A stretch of 43,072 nt of DNA. Source: an uncultured Candidatus Sumerlaeota bacterium. Lineage in GTDB: Bacteria > Sumerlaeota > Sumerlaeia > MWCT01 > JAUWMI01. The number at the start of each line of letters is the position of its first letter. The first letter of the stretch is position 1. The notes beneath the pieces were generated by a model that saw only the letters and a program-made list of their open reading frames with translations, ran no database searches and was not told the origin of the DNA. Shown here piece by piece: positions 27,721 through 37,387 of this stretch. The stretch lies in NCBI GenBank assembly GCA_964630455.1, contig CAZVVA010000002.1, forward strand, positions 1-43,072, read 5' to 3'. The translations under genes were made by a program, and so were the position numbers.

Positions 27721-28791
27721 TTAGCCCATGTGCTTATAGAGTAAGTTACCTACAAGAGTGAGCAACGGATTAGGGAGGTACGAGAAGACCTGCTTTGCAA
27801 CTCTCATTTTCCATCCCTCGGTGCTATCATGTGCGCACGTGTTAGCTGATCTATAATAGCAAATTCTTCTGCGCAGAGTCCCCCACCGATCTTTGAACGT
27901 AGTCAGGCCGGTATTGTCAACGCTGCTGCGTCCCATGTCGAATTCTTGAGCTCCATCTTGTTGGGCCTCCTGCATGGCACGCCAAAGAAGAGCAACCGTG
28001 CCTCCCAGGTTCTTATACCTTGGATCCGAGCATCCGTACTTATAATAGTGTTTATTCTTATAAGAAAGCGTTACAATTGCAGCAATAGGTTGATCGTTCT
28101 TGAACGCAATACGTATTTTGAATCTATTGTTTAAGCAGTGTTGTAGGTTGCGAAACCATTGCTTCGGCTGAGGTGGCAATTGATGTTTACGGCGTGTCAT
28201 AAGCAGCATATGATAGAAAGCCGACTGAAGCTTATTCGACGCCCCTTCCTTAAATGTTAGGCCCTCGCGCTGCGCACGCCGAATTGGCCGCTGGATGCAG
28301 TCTTTATGAAAACCTTGCATCAGTTCTTCAGGCACAGGCTTCAGATTCAGGCAGTGAAAAAAGTAAGCGTCGCTTTCAGCAAGTGATCCATTTTCCAGCA
28401 GCCAGTCCTCATCCATCCGCAGCGGCCTTAATTCCACGTATTTCCGATGCTGTTCAGTCTGATCGCTTTGCAACCTCTCCAGAATTTCATGCAGGGCATC
28501 AGCAGAATCTATGAGCGGCTGGCAATGGTCCGAAAATGGTAAAGAAACCAGACGTTTTCCAGTCAACCAGCTATCTACTTTGCAAAACACAATTGCATTG
28601 GTCAGATCTGATACTGGACTTGAGGTGGTATACGCAACGGGTTCATAGCCGTAAGTACGATATAATGCTTCCAGCCATTCGCGGGTGTGAAAAATAGAAG
28701 CATCGGGGCGTCTCTCCAGAAATTCTGGCCACCGCGCATCGTTTAATGGATTGGTACAGAAGACGGCCATCATACCTCCCAAATTCGCCAC
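27721..28791 (-). CDS. FemAB-family (COG2348-like) acyl/aminoacyl transferase, of the type associated with PEP-CTERM-style EPS loci
   Basis: 'ARWPEFLERRPDASIFHTREWLEALYRTYGYEP', 'LTGKRLVSLPFSDHCQPL' and the C-terminal 'YYKYGCSDPRYKNLGG..LLWRAMQEA...FDMGRS......GLTTFKDRWG' resemble Fem/GNAT duplicated-domain proteins. Confidence 0.65.
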   Translation of the reverse strand: MANLGGMMAVFCTNPLNDARWPEFLERRPDASIFHTREWLEALYRTYGYEPVAYTTSSPVSDLTNAIVFCKVDSWLTGKRLVSLPFSDHCQPLIDSADALHEILERLQSDQTEQHRKYVELRPLRMDEDWLLENGSLAESDAYFFHCLNLKPVPEELMQGFHKDCIQRPIRRAQREGLTFKEGASNKLQSAFYHMLLMTRRKHQLPPQPKQWFRNLQHCLNNRFKIRIAFKNDQPIAAIVTLSYKNKHYYKYGCSDPRYKNLGGTVALLWRAMQEAQQDGAQEFDMGRSSVDNTGLTTFKDRWGTLRRRICYYRSANTCAHDSTEGWKMRVAKQVFSYLPNPLLTLVGNLLYKHMG

Positions 28792-30065
28792 AAGAAATCC
28801 TGGAGCGTCATACAGTCAATATCACCGCTCACGCACAGGGCGCTTCGGCAGCCTTGCGGCCATCGCCAAAGCCTCACCATGGGAGTATCAGCAGAGTCTA
28901 TTGCATGAAGTACATTAAAAGCCCTTTCCTGGCTTAGCGCATTGGATTCATCTAGGACATAAGCAGCTCGAGCACAGTGGATCGGATCCAATGTGAGGAA
29001 TCCTTCCTCGTGTAAAAAATCTCGCCAGCTCGAATGGCATTGGTTGCTGAGTGCAACCCCTGGTAGAATCCCTCTGCCAGACAAGATCCGTTTACTTGTC
29101 TGAGTATAATTGCCAAAGAATAGGTGGTCTTTGGATCTGCCCATGCCCCGGCAGAGTACCGTTGCTTCCTTGGGTGTCTTCAGATTTAGTGTGTAATTGT
29201 CCCCTGCAATCTCGAGATGGAAACTTGACTTCCTGCGTTGCTTCCACCAATTGGCAATTGTTGCAAGCTGTGCCTTGAAAACCGGCTGTGATAGCTGGTC
29301 TGCGATCGTCAAAACATAGTCCAGCGCCTCATCGCAAAATGGCAAGCGTTCGTGATGAAGCTGCACTGTGAAGATTTCCCCACGCGCATGGCTTTGTTCT
29401 AAGATTGACTGCCAGATGCGTCCGATGCGCTTCTTGTCACGCTTGAGCTGGAGACGATCCACACAGGCTTCGTCATCTGGAATGGATACCGGAATTTCCA
29501 CATGGCCGTCTATCAAGTGTGGAATGACGCGATATTGCGTCGCTGACTGGCTGCTATAAAGCTCCAGAACCTTCTGATATGCCTCCCATGCCTGAGAAGG
29601 AAACTCATCCTGGTCCACCACTGGCCAGTGGACAACAAAATTACTTGCCCAGGCAAAATTGCAATCACTTACCGCCAGATGAGTGTCATTATTGCTGCGC
29701 AAATAGGGCGAGCGAAACCCACACATGCGAATCCCGGCCTTTTCAAAGATCTCTATCGCTCGCTCAAAATGCTCTCGCTGTTTCTCAAACGGAAGTTGCG
29801 TGTAATCCGTATGCACTAACCCATGCACAGCGAACTCCACACCCTGTGCCTGCAATCTAATAATTGGCTTCGGATAGCGCCGTAAGATGCAAGCAGTGGC
29901 CGGGAATGTTGGCAAAATACCGTGAGCCTTGCAAATATCGGTCATCCTTTGCAACTGCTTCTCCATGCGTGCCGGCGTAAAGCCAAAGCGGCAAAATAGG
30001 CTTGCGACGCGGTGCACAAGGTTACCGAGTCCTCGAGAGTTAAATATAAATCTTGCAAGGTTCAT
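28770..30065 (-). CDS. Atypical NodB-like polysaccharide deacetylase-family protein (431 aa)
   Basis: It has 'GILPTFPATA', 'GVEFAVHGLVH' (H-x3-H), 'GFRSPYL', 'EIPVSIPDDEA' and 'FTVQLHHERL'. It lacks the canonical N-terminal TFDD motif and ends with 'WPQGCRSALCVSGDIDCMT...'. It overlaps the next gene by 22 nt. Confidence 0.55.
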   Translation of the reverse strand: MNLARFIFNSRGLGNLVHRVASLFCRFGFTPARMEKQLQRMTDICKAHGILPTFPATACILRRYPKPIIRLQAQGVEFAVHGLVHTDYTQLPFEKQREHFERAIEIFEKAGIRMCGFRSPYLRSNNDTHLAVSDCNFAWASNFVVHWPVVDQDEFPSQAWEAYQKVLELYSSQSATQYRVIPHLIDGHVEIPVSIPDDEACVDRLQLKRDKKRIGRIWQSILEQSHARGEIFTVQLHHERLPFCDEALDYVLTIADQLSQPVFKAQLATIANWWKQRRKSSFHLEIAGDNYTLNLKTPKEATVLCRGMGRSKDHLFFGNYTQTSKRILSGRGILPGVALSNQCHSSWRDFLHEEGFLTLDPIHCARAAYVLDESNALSQERAFNVLHAIDSADTPMVRLWRWPQGCRSALCVSGDIDCMTLQDFLWRIWEV

Positions 30066-30223
30066 CGTTTGCCTTATCTTTTCGTATGCCCGTGAATTTC
30101 AAGTATTATACCAGAATCAATGCATCATAATACTTTGATATTGTTCGAAACAATCTGGATTATCTTGCGCTGCAAAGCCTGAGTAATCCTCTTCAGGGCT
30201 TGATTCTTCTGTTATTTTTTTCA

Positions 30224-31240
30224 TTACTTATTTCCTTTATAGACAATTCCAGTCTCAGAACTATCCCTGAAAGACAATGCACGTCTTAGTCTTTGCATCT
30301 GTGTTCTTCTGAGATATTGAATGAACTCGGGCGTGACTGGCCTTTGTTCCTTTTTCAGAGCTGCCTTTATGTATCCGTAGGCCATAAAAAGGCCGCTCAA
30401 TATGTAAGGCCTTGCAATTGCCATGGTGTGCGAGCACTTCAGGAGTTCAAAAAAGGGATGGAAACCCAAAAGATAATCAATTCGACCTCTCCGAATGAAT
30501 CCGACAAGGATATTTCCTTCCGACGAAAACGTTCTTCTATGATGGAGTATCTTCAAATTCTGAATGGTTAGGGTTTTCCACCCCTTCATGCGGGCGGTAA
30601 TCTCATCAATGGCATCCCATGCAGTACTCTCAACAATACCTCCTATATCCAAAAAACATTCTCTTCGGTATGTTTTCGTTGCGCCGGCAACGTGCAAAGG
30701 ATGGCTCTTGCGCGGCCGTGCTATCCCATGCCTTAATTCATGGAGATTGCCCCCAGCTATTCCCAACTTGGTATCACCAGCAAACTCCTTTAGCAGCAGC
30801 TCAAAATAATTTGGCCCGAACGACATATCTGCGTCCAAATTGACAAGGAAGTCGTAGTTGTCACAACTCAGGTGTTTAAGTCCAAGGTTAAAAGCCCTCG
30901 CAGGAGCACCTCCGCCAATGTCTCGCCTATTTCTGACAGCGGGATTCCTGATGAGCTTTATCCAGCCATACTGGTGACAGTTTCTTTTCACAATATTGGG
31001 CGTACCATCCGTTGAGCCGTCGTCCACAATGATCCATTCCCTTGGCAGAACGGTTTGGGCAATCATAGACTTTATTATCTTCTCGATAAATGCTGACTCG
31101 TCTCGAACAGGAGTTATTACTACGTACTTATGGCTTGGGATCATAGTACTCTGCTCTGATTGCTTCCTGTTCATCCTATCGTCCACATCTAATTGCCTTT
31201 TAGAAAACTTTGATAATCTTGGGCCAAAGCGGTATTTCAT
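30224..31240 (-). CDS. Family 2 glycosyltransferase
   Basis: 'YVVITPVRDESAFIEKIIKSMIAQTVLPREWIIVDDGSTDGT' and 'NLDADM'. It shares an ATGA overlap with the upstream gene stop. Confidence 0.8.
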   Translation of the reverse strand: MKYRFGPRLSKFSKRQLDVDDRMNRKQSEQSTMIPSHKYVVITPVRDESAFIEKIIKSMIAQTVLPREWIIVDDGSTDGTPNIVKRNCHQYGWIKLIRNPAVRNRRDIGGGAPARAFNLGLKHLSCDNYDFLVNLDADMSFGPNYFELLLKEFAGDTKLGIAGGNLHELRHGIARPRKSHPLHVAGATKTYRRECFLDIGGIVESTAWDAIDEITARMKGWKTLTIQNLKILHHRRTFSSEGNILVGFIRRGRIDYLLGFHPFFELLKCSHTMAIARPYILSGLFMAYGYIKAALKKEQRPVTPEFIQYLRRTQMQRLRRALSFRDSSETGIVYKGNK

Positions 31241-32220
31241 AATTGAGTTTCATTACGAAAGCCAAGATGAAACTTTGCCGTTAAAAGACCCAATTTAATT
31301 CTTCTTTTTAATTTGCTTGATACAAGCCGCGAACTCAGTGGAATTGAGCAAGTCCAATAAAAGAGCCTGATTATTGTTCCGAGAAGCAGAAGTACATTGG
31401 CGAACCATTTTGCCACCCGCCCCTGACGTTTTTCAATAAACAACAACAAGCTTTTCCGTTGTTCTATGAGCATGTCTTCCCATCTTAAAGCAGCACTCGA
31501 TCCCCCAAGGTGGACTATTTCGGCGTGCGGAAAATAGAGCACGTTCCATCCATTGGAGCGCATCCGCCAGCACCAGTCTGTTTCTTCGGCATACATGAAA
31601 AACCTTTCATCCATCAGGCCAACTCGACTGATGGCTTCTCGACGAACCAGCATAAAACAACCGGTCAATGCTTGTACCTCACGCACGCTTCTATAATCCC
31701 ACCACGTCATCCGTTCGCGCCCAAAAAAACAGCTCCTAGGGAAGACACTGTGTAAGCCAAACGTTAATATTAGTAGGTTCAAAAGACTGTGGTACATAAA
31801 ACAACTTCGCTGGAGAGTCCCATCAGAGGTAAGAACCTTGCAACCTACTACCCCAGCCTTCGGATGCTCATCCGCAAAAGCCACTGTCTTGGTAATGGCA
31901 CCATCTAGCACAATCGTGTCCGGGTTGAGCAACAGAACGTATCTTCCTGTTGCAAGAGTGATTGCTTGATTATTCGCCGCTGCAAAGCCTCTATTCTCGG
32001 CATTGCGGACAAGATCCACTTGAGGGAATTCGTCTTCAACCATTTGTGCTGATCCGTCTGAGGATGCATTATCAACGACGAACACTTCGAAGCTAATAGG
32101 CCCCGCTTGTTCATAGACTGAACGTAAGCAATTGCGAAGAATTTCCTTGGTATTCCAGCTGACTATGATGACCGATACGTCCATCCTCATGCTCTTTCTT
32201 TCAGGGATAATATCAGCCAA
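31237..32220 (-). CDS. Family 2 glycosyltransferase (rhamnosyltransferase-like subgroup)
   Basis: 'VSVIIVSWNTKEILRNCLRSVYEQ...FEVFVVDNASSDGS', 'LLLNPDT' and 'EETDWCWR'. Confidence 0.85.
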   Translation of the reverse strand: MADIIPERKSMRMDVSVIIVSWNTKEILRNCLRSVYEQAGPISFEVFVVDNASSDGSAQMVEDEFPQVDLVRNAENRGFAAANNQAITLATGRYVLLLNPDTIVLDGAITKTVAFADEHPKAGVVGCKVLTSDGTLQRSCFMYHSLLNLLILTFGLHSVFPRSCFFGRERMTWWDYRSVREVQALTGCFMLVRREAISRVGLMDERFFMYAEETDWCWRMRSNGWNVLYFPHAEIVHLGGSSAALRWEDMLIEQRKSLLLFIEKRQGRVAKWFANVLLLLGTIIRLFYWTCSIPLSSRLVSSKLKRRIKLGLLTAKFHLGFRNETQL

Positions 32221-32317
32221 CGCTTAGCCTGCCTTTTTAATTATCCTCGCATGCTGCCTTATTAACTGCGCTCCGTGCTCTGTTTATCAGGGCTTCTGCA
32301 TAAGCAATGTTCATTTG

Positions 32318-33625
32318 TTATTCGCGCTTATGTACTGTTTGTACTTGTGTTTGGTTCAAATAAACGATACCCGGTATAGCTCCACACAGGCCTAGCAAGA
32401 TATAGAATAAGTTGCCTGATTGGTCAAACAAAGACACAGTATTTATTGCTACCAATATACCGGTAACCGAAGCCAGCAAGCACCAGATCATCCACTGATC
32501 AGCCTTGTTGTGGCTAGCCAAGACAAGGGCTCTTCGCAGCCGAATTAACGATGCAACTATGACAGCCAAGAAAGGCAAAAGCCCCAGCAGTCCGAAGCGA
32601 GCCAGTCTGCCAATGTATTGATTAACAAGATCCCAGTGTTCCCAAGGAATACGGTTAGTATGTATCCCTACCAGTCCATAGCCTTCGACCCAATGACCCG
32701 TCATCCCACCGCCGAGAGCCTCCTTTATAAGACCGATTCGATAGTAGGCTGTTGCGGGGCTGAATGTAAGGCCGGCCGGAACTTCGTAGAAGTGCCTGTT
32801 GCTGAACACCTCAACAAAAATACATGCAGCAACCAACACTATAAGAAAAGCAGGCCAATAACGTCTAATTGGAAACATTGAAAGCACAAGTAATGCCACT
32901 AAACCTGCAAGGATCGGTGCACTGGAAGCAGATGATACTATGCCAACCAACATTAATCCAATCCCTGTAGCAATAGCCAGCCGATGACGCTTCGCATGTC
33001 CCCACAAGCCTGCACAGCACGGCGCAAGTATGGCAAAGAAAAGGCCAAAGAGAATGCAAACTGAAAACGTTACCTCTGCACGATACAAACCATATCTGAC
33101 GTACGTACGAGCTTCTCCGGGTCTCCACGCGCTATATTGATGAAGAAATCCAACCGGATTATGACCGGTGAGACTCTGATAAGCGCCAACAATAGCCAGC
33201 GGGGCGCCAATAATTAAAAAGCCTTTCAGAAGCGTCAAGAATTGCTCTCGAGAAGTTACAATTACCCGCACCGCAAAATACGGGAGCAACGTGTTGAAGG
33301 CCGTTCCACTGCGGTTTTCTACTATTTTCCAGAATGGCTCGTTCATCAAACCAGCTATAACGGTACCAAGGAGCGCGATGATAATAAGCCGGTCGAGCCA
33401 GCACCACTTAAATTGCTGCGCCATTTTGGTTCGGAACAAGATATTGGCGTATAGTGCAAGGATTACTATTCGGCTCGCAGAAAAATCAAGCGTGCCCACC
33501 TTCAATGTTAAATACGAAGGATACCACCCAAGAACCGCCACATAAATAATAAGTCCCAGAATTGGACGAACAGAGAACGCAGCCAAAGAGCCTATTGCGG
33601 CTATTAATAATGTTAGCGGCTCCAC
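32318..33625 (-). CDS. wzy: O-antigen ligase/polymerase-like membrane protein (Wzy-type)
   Basis: The protein is 435 aa with ~11 TM helices and a central loop region ('HAKRHRLAIATGIGLMLVGIVSSASSAPILAG') resembling the Wzy_C/O-antigen ligase domain. The EPS context supports the call. Confidence 0.65.
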   Translation of the reverse strand: MEPLTLLIAAIGSLAAFSVRPILGLIIYVAVLGWYPSYLTLKVGTLDFSASRIVILALYANILFRTKMAQQFKWCWLDRLIIIALLGTVIAGLMNEPFWKIVENRSGTAFNTLLPYFAVRVIVTSREQFLTLLKGFLIIGAPLAIVGAYQSLTGHNPVGFLHQYSAWRPGEARTYVRYGLYRAEVTFSVCILFGLFFAILAPCCAGLWGHAKRHRLAIATGIGLMLVGIVSSASSAPILAGLVALLVLSMFPIRRYWPAFLIVLVAACIFVEVFSNRHFYEVPAGLTFSPATAYYRIGLIKEALGGGMTGHWVEGYGLVGIHTNRIPWEHWDLVNQYIGRLARFGLLGLLPFLAVIVASLIRLRRALVLASHNKADQWMIWCLLASVTGILVAINTVSLFDQSGNLFYILLGLCGAIPGIVYLNQTQVQTVHKRE

Positions 33626-33716
33626 GGTCTCTTTCTATTCTCCTTCAGCCCAAATCCGCTTCCCATGCTTCTACTCTGTTCTTGTACCGACCACACAACA
33701 GAATTCTTTATGCATA

Positions 33717-34901
33717 TCAATAGTAATGGAGCTTTGTATATTGCCTTAGCAGCGACCTTGCCATTGGAAATCTATTCTTCCATAGTGTTAGTGGTTCTCG
33801 CAGCTGCTTCTGAGAGAGGAGCTGATAAACAAGAACTTTGGCTCTTGCCTTTTGGATCTTACCCACAAGGGCTTTCTGATATGTGAGTACGTCGGCTCGT
33901 GTGGTTTCTCTAAGGCTGATAGCGCCGCACTTTTCTGCCGATCGAATGTTATCCTTCGCACGTTCACTTCTTACCACAACCAGCGATAGTCCTCTTTGTT
34001 CCGAGGCAATGAGTTCTTTGCCCCACGGATCACCGACCGATACGTCCGCAGCATCGGCAAATGTGTCGAAACACAGCATGCACCTGATTGCTGGATTGCT
34101 TGCAACAAGGTGACGCCAGGCATCCATGTATGGCCTTTTAAGCAATATCTTGCGACCGTTCGATGCCCGGAACAAACCAGGCCAGCCGTGCCCCCGATAT
34201 TGAATCTTCCGCACGTCTTGAAATCTCACACCCCATCGGGAGAGAAAAGATGCTGTGTTGCTCCGCGGAGGAGTGCATGCACAAAAAATTCCTATGGATA
34301 AGCGAACTTGTTTTTTCAGTTCAGGGACAAGATCTTGCAATTTGCGCAAAGCCTGAATTTCACACGGCTTCCCAACAAATGCGTAGTTTCCTGGTTTCTT
34401 TATTATTTGGTCAAGGGTCGTACAATTTGAAACCGGACCATATCTGGAGCCACGCGCCGCCAGAATCCCTTTCTCATCAGTAGCAAGAAACGACCGGTTC
34501 AAAAGCGGATCGGAATCATCTCCGCATGCTACTACCGCTCCGTCTATCTCTTGCGCGCGCAGCAGATAGATCAAGAACGCCGATATAAACCCTCCTGAAG
34601 ATCCTTCTGTCCGTATTGCATCGTCATTAGCATGAGCAATCCAGTAGTCATGGAAATCATTTAAACATGACACATGAAGTTTTTCATTTAGGTTTTTCAG
34701 CAAGTGCGTGCTAGGACATACATCAATGCATTTTCCACACTTTATACATGCGTCAGCCTGCACTTGAGGATAGTTGAAGTGCCGGCCACTGATCATTTCT
34801 ATGCATGCCTGCGGACATATGACGGTGCAACCGCCACAGCCGCAGCAAATTCGCTTTTTGACAATCAAACTGATATTTTGACCGGTTATCTTCATTGCCA
34901 A
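33717..34901 (-). CDS. FrhB-like (coenzyme F420 hydrogenase/dehydrogenase beta subunit family) Fe-S protein
   Basis: It has two ferredoxin-type clusters, 'CCGCGGCTVICP' and 'CIKCGKCIDVCP' (CxxCxxCxxxCP), followed by an FrhB-like body. It overlaps the upstream pyruvyl transferase by 10 nt. Confidence 0.75.
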   Translation of the reverse strand: MAMKITGQNISLIVKKRICCGCGGCTVICPQACIEMISGRHFNYPQVQADACIKCGKCIDVCPSTHLLKNLNEKLHVSCLNDFHDYWIAHANDDAIRTEGSSGGFISAFLIYLLRAQEIDGAVVACGDDSDPLLNRSFLATDEKGILAARGSRYGPVSNCTTLDQIIKKPGNYAFVGKPCEIQALRKLQDLVPELKKQVRLSIGIFCACTPPRSNTASFLSRWGVRFQDVRKIQYRGHGWPGLFRASNGRKILLKRPYMDAWRHLVASNPAIRCMLCFDTFADAADVSVGDPWGKELIASEQRGLSLVVVRSERAKDNIRSAEKCGAISLRETTRADVLTYQKALVGKIQKARAKVLVYQLLSQKQLREPLTLWKNRFPMARSLLRQYTKLHYY

Positions 34902-36214
34902 TTCATACTGAACTCTTGGATCTCTGCAAAAAGATTTAGCACGCGCTTCTTCACGTCAGGCATGGTCCGCTCCAGATGATTTCTAATGGTGTCTCTTTCT
35001 GTATATGCTCTATTAATGACACCGAGTATTTCCTGTTCTTCCATTTTCCGAGGATCTGCTACGCAATCTCCAAGTTCGATCGAGTCCGTAACACCTTTGA
35101 ATTTCTTACTGTATGCGATAGCCACAGTTGGAATATTCTGCGAAAGTGCCGCGATGCATGCATGCATACGTGATCCAATGAAAAAGTCCAACATTCCAAT
35201 AACGTACTTGATTTCGTTCTGATTATAGGTTTCCCGAACGACTTGGATTCGGCTTCCATACTTCGCTCTAAGCAAATCATAAACCTGGGCACATACTCCC
35301 TGGTCGCTTTCTATATGCTCTGGGGGATGGAAAGCGTGTGGCACAAGCAGGACAATCGTATTCTCCTTCTGCATCATCAAAGTGATAACTTTGAGAATCA
35401 TTTGTCGGTAATCAACTTTTAATCCAAACATATTGTTGCGGGTGTAGCCCCCGTTATAAAGCAGGCCGCTGATGTTAAGCCCAACCACGATACACTTCTT
35501 GTCGCGTGTTTTGAGAAGGGACCCAATGTCAATGCTATCTGGCTTTGCTGGCTCAAGCACGAATCCTACATCGTAGCAAAACCGAGCCTTTCCATTGGCG
35601 ATACGCCTTTTTAAAGAATTTACATATTCGCTCAGACCAATACGGTCTCTGGAATAGATTATGGTGGTACGGTTCAAAATATATGTGGCAATAGCTTTGG
35701 CCAGGATACCTTTAAAGGGTCCGATAGTTTGCGGCAACAGAACGAAATTTTTCCTCAGCATGATAGCAAGCATTTTGGGAAGGGATACGTAAAAGAACCT
35801 GCTCTTGCCGTAAATATCGCTAAAACTGTCTCCGCCACTGATGTCCGCCACAATGTCGGCATTCAATAGCGTTTTAAGGCAATTGTTGTTCTTAACTATA
35901 CGTTTTCGAACAAACGGAATCGGTATCAGCTTCAGAATACACGAAAGTAATAAAAGCATGGCAATATTATTCTTAAGATAAAACTTTTTGGAAAACCTCA
36001 TATTTACCAGGCGCACAGTGGTTTTCTTATCCCCAATTATTAACTTGTAGTCCTTTGGCTGATATGCGTAGTCCAGAATTGCAACTTCCGCATCGGGCAA
36101 TTGCGCCAGAACGCACTTTATTGTAGCATGGGTAAGCGCACTAACCCCCATATTGCCCGTCTCAAACGAAACACCCATTAGGCAGACCTGTTTTGTTTTT
36201 ACATCCGGTTTCAT
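34892..36214 (-). CDS. Polysaccharide pyruvyl transferase family protein
   Basis: The protein is 440 aa. 'ISGGDSFSDIYG', 'LPQTIGPF' and the C-terminal 'GSRMHACIAALSQNIPTVAIAYSKKF' are typical of PS_pyruv_trans proteins. Pairing with an FrhB-like gene is a known association. Confidence 0.7.
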   Translation of the reverse strand: MKPDVKTKQVCLMGVSFETGNMGVSALTHATIKCVLAQLPDAEVAILDYAYQPKDYKLIIGDKKTTVRLVNMRFSKKFYLKNNIAMLLLLSCILKLIPIPFVRKRIVKNNNCLKTLLNADIVADISGGDSFSDIYGKSRFFYVSLPKMLAIMLRKNFVLLPQTIGPFKGILAKAIATYILNRTTIIYSRDRIGLSEYVNSLKRRIANGKARFCYDVGFVLEPAKPDSIDIGSLLKTRDKKCIVVGLNISGLLYNGGYTRNNMFGLKVDYRQMILKVITLMMQKENTIVLLVPHAFHPPEHIESDQGVCAQVYDLLRAKYGSRIQVVRETYNQNEIKYVIGMLDFFIGSRMHACIAALSQNIPTVAIAYSKKFKGVTDSIELGDCVADPRKMEEQEILGVINRAYTERDTIRNHLERTMPDVKKRVLNLFAEIQEFSMNWQ

Positions 36215-36400
36215 TTCTCGGGTACCTGATTGCAGAGGTTCTTGCAGACATTAAATCTATTTTGCAAACAGCTTTCGAAAATTGTGTTTAAGAGTTGCTC
36301 CTTTGCGGCGCGCGCTCTATTACTTTAGAGCTGTGCCATACAAGAGCGTTTTAGGAGGGACGCTAGAGATTGCATAATTATCAGCAGCCCAAAGTTTGAA

Positions 36401-37255
36401 CTAACCCGAGCTACCATAGGAACGAACAGTGAATTTACAGAACAAGCGTTCTATTTTGTGTCGAGCGCGCTTTGCCCTTGCTCGCCAACCTATGTACTCA
36501 TCAGGATCAGTCGTAGCATGCTGTACTCTCTCCGCGTTCCTCTTTATTCCCTTTACCCATTCCTGAATAGTATAGCGGCCAGTATTTCGGGCGCTCAGAG
36601 GCAAGTTCATGGCGAATTCTTTATCAGAATGAATACCTGTGTGCGGAGCCCGAGGATCATCCATATGCTCTTGATAAACCAGCGGAAAGTACCACCCATT
36701 GAGATACCCTGCTTTGGCGATGCGAAAGCAATAGTGCGTGAACCCTTCCCTGCGCCGGAGTAGACCAATTTGTTTTTGTATTTTACCTTTCATTAAGTAG
36801 CCAGAGCCTCCGACCCAGCAGTTTTGCAGCAAGCGATGCTTCCCAATAGAAATAATCTTGTTCACAGCCAGGTCCGGCCGAAAATCCTCTGGCATGAAGT
36901 GCCAGCATGCCACAATGCCGAGTTCAGGAACGTCTTGATGTGCTGCTGATAAGATCTCGCACCAACCATCAGGTACAAGACAGTCATTATCGACCTTGCC
37001 CACTAAGTCAGCGGTTGATTGGTTCCAAAACCAATTTGTCGGCTCGCGAAGTTTAAGATTACGATGATGATAAATGATCCGCCTAATTCTAGGGTGAGCC
37101 TCAAATGCTTTAAGAACCTGTCGAGTAGACTCGTCCGATGCATTATCCCATACAGTAATCGAAACATTATGCGAGGAAGTTTCACATAGTCGCCCTAATG
37201 ATAGTCTGGTGTAATCCGAGCGATTATGAGTAATCATGAGGACATCTATTTTCAT
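36401..37255 (-). CDS. Family 2 glycosyltransferase
   Basis: 'IDVLMITHNRSDYTRLSLGRLCETS..NVSITVWDNASDEST' and 'KVDNDCL' (DxD-like). Confidence 0.75.
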   Translation of the reverse strand: MKIDVLMITHNRSDYTRLSLGRLCETSSHNVSITVWDNASDESTRQVLKAFEAHPRIRRIIYHHRNLKLREPTNWFWNQSTADLVGKVDNDCLVPDGWCEILSAAHQDVPELGIVACWHFMPEDFRPDLAVNKIISIGKHRLLQNCWVGGSGYLMKGKIQKQIGLLRRREGFTHYCFRIAKAGYLNGWYFPLVYQEHMDDPRAPHTGIHSDKEFAMNLPLSARNTGRYTIQEWVKGIKRNAERVQHATTDPDEYIGWRARAKRARHKIERLFCKFTVRSYGSSG

Positions 37256-37387
37256 AGTGCTGCTTCAAGCCGTTCTAGATTGCTGGTGGACTGCAATAAC
37301 TGAACCTGGTCAAGAAAATACCCATTACCCTAGTGCCAAAGTTCAATCTTTTTCCTCCCTTCTATTGGACACCAAAGGCCCACACTC

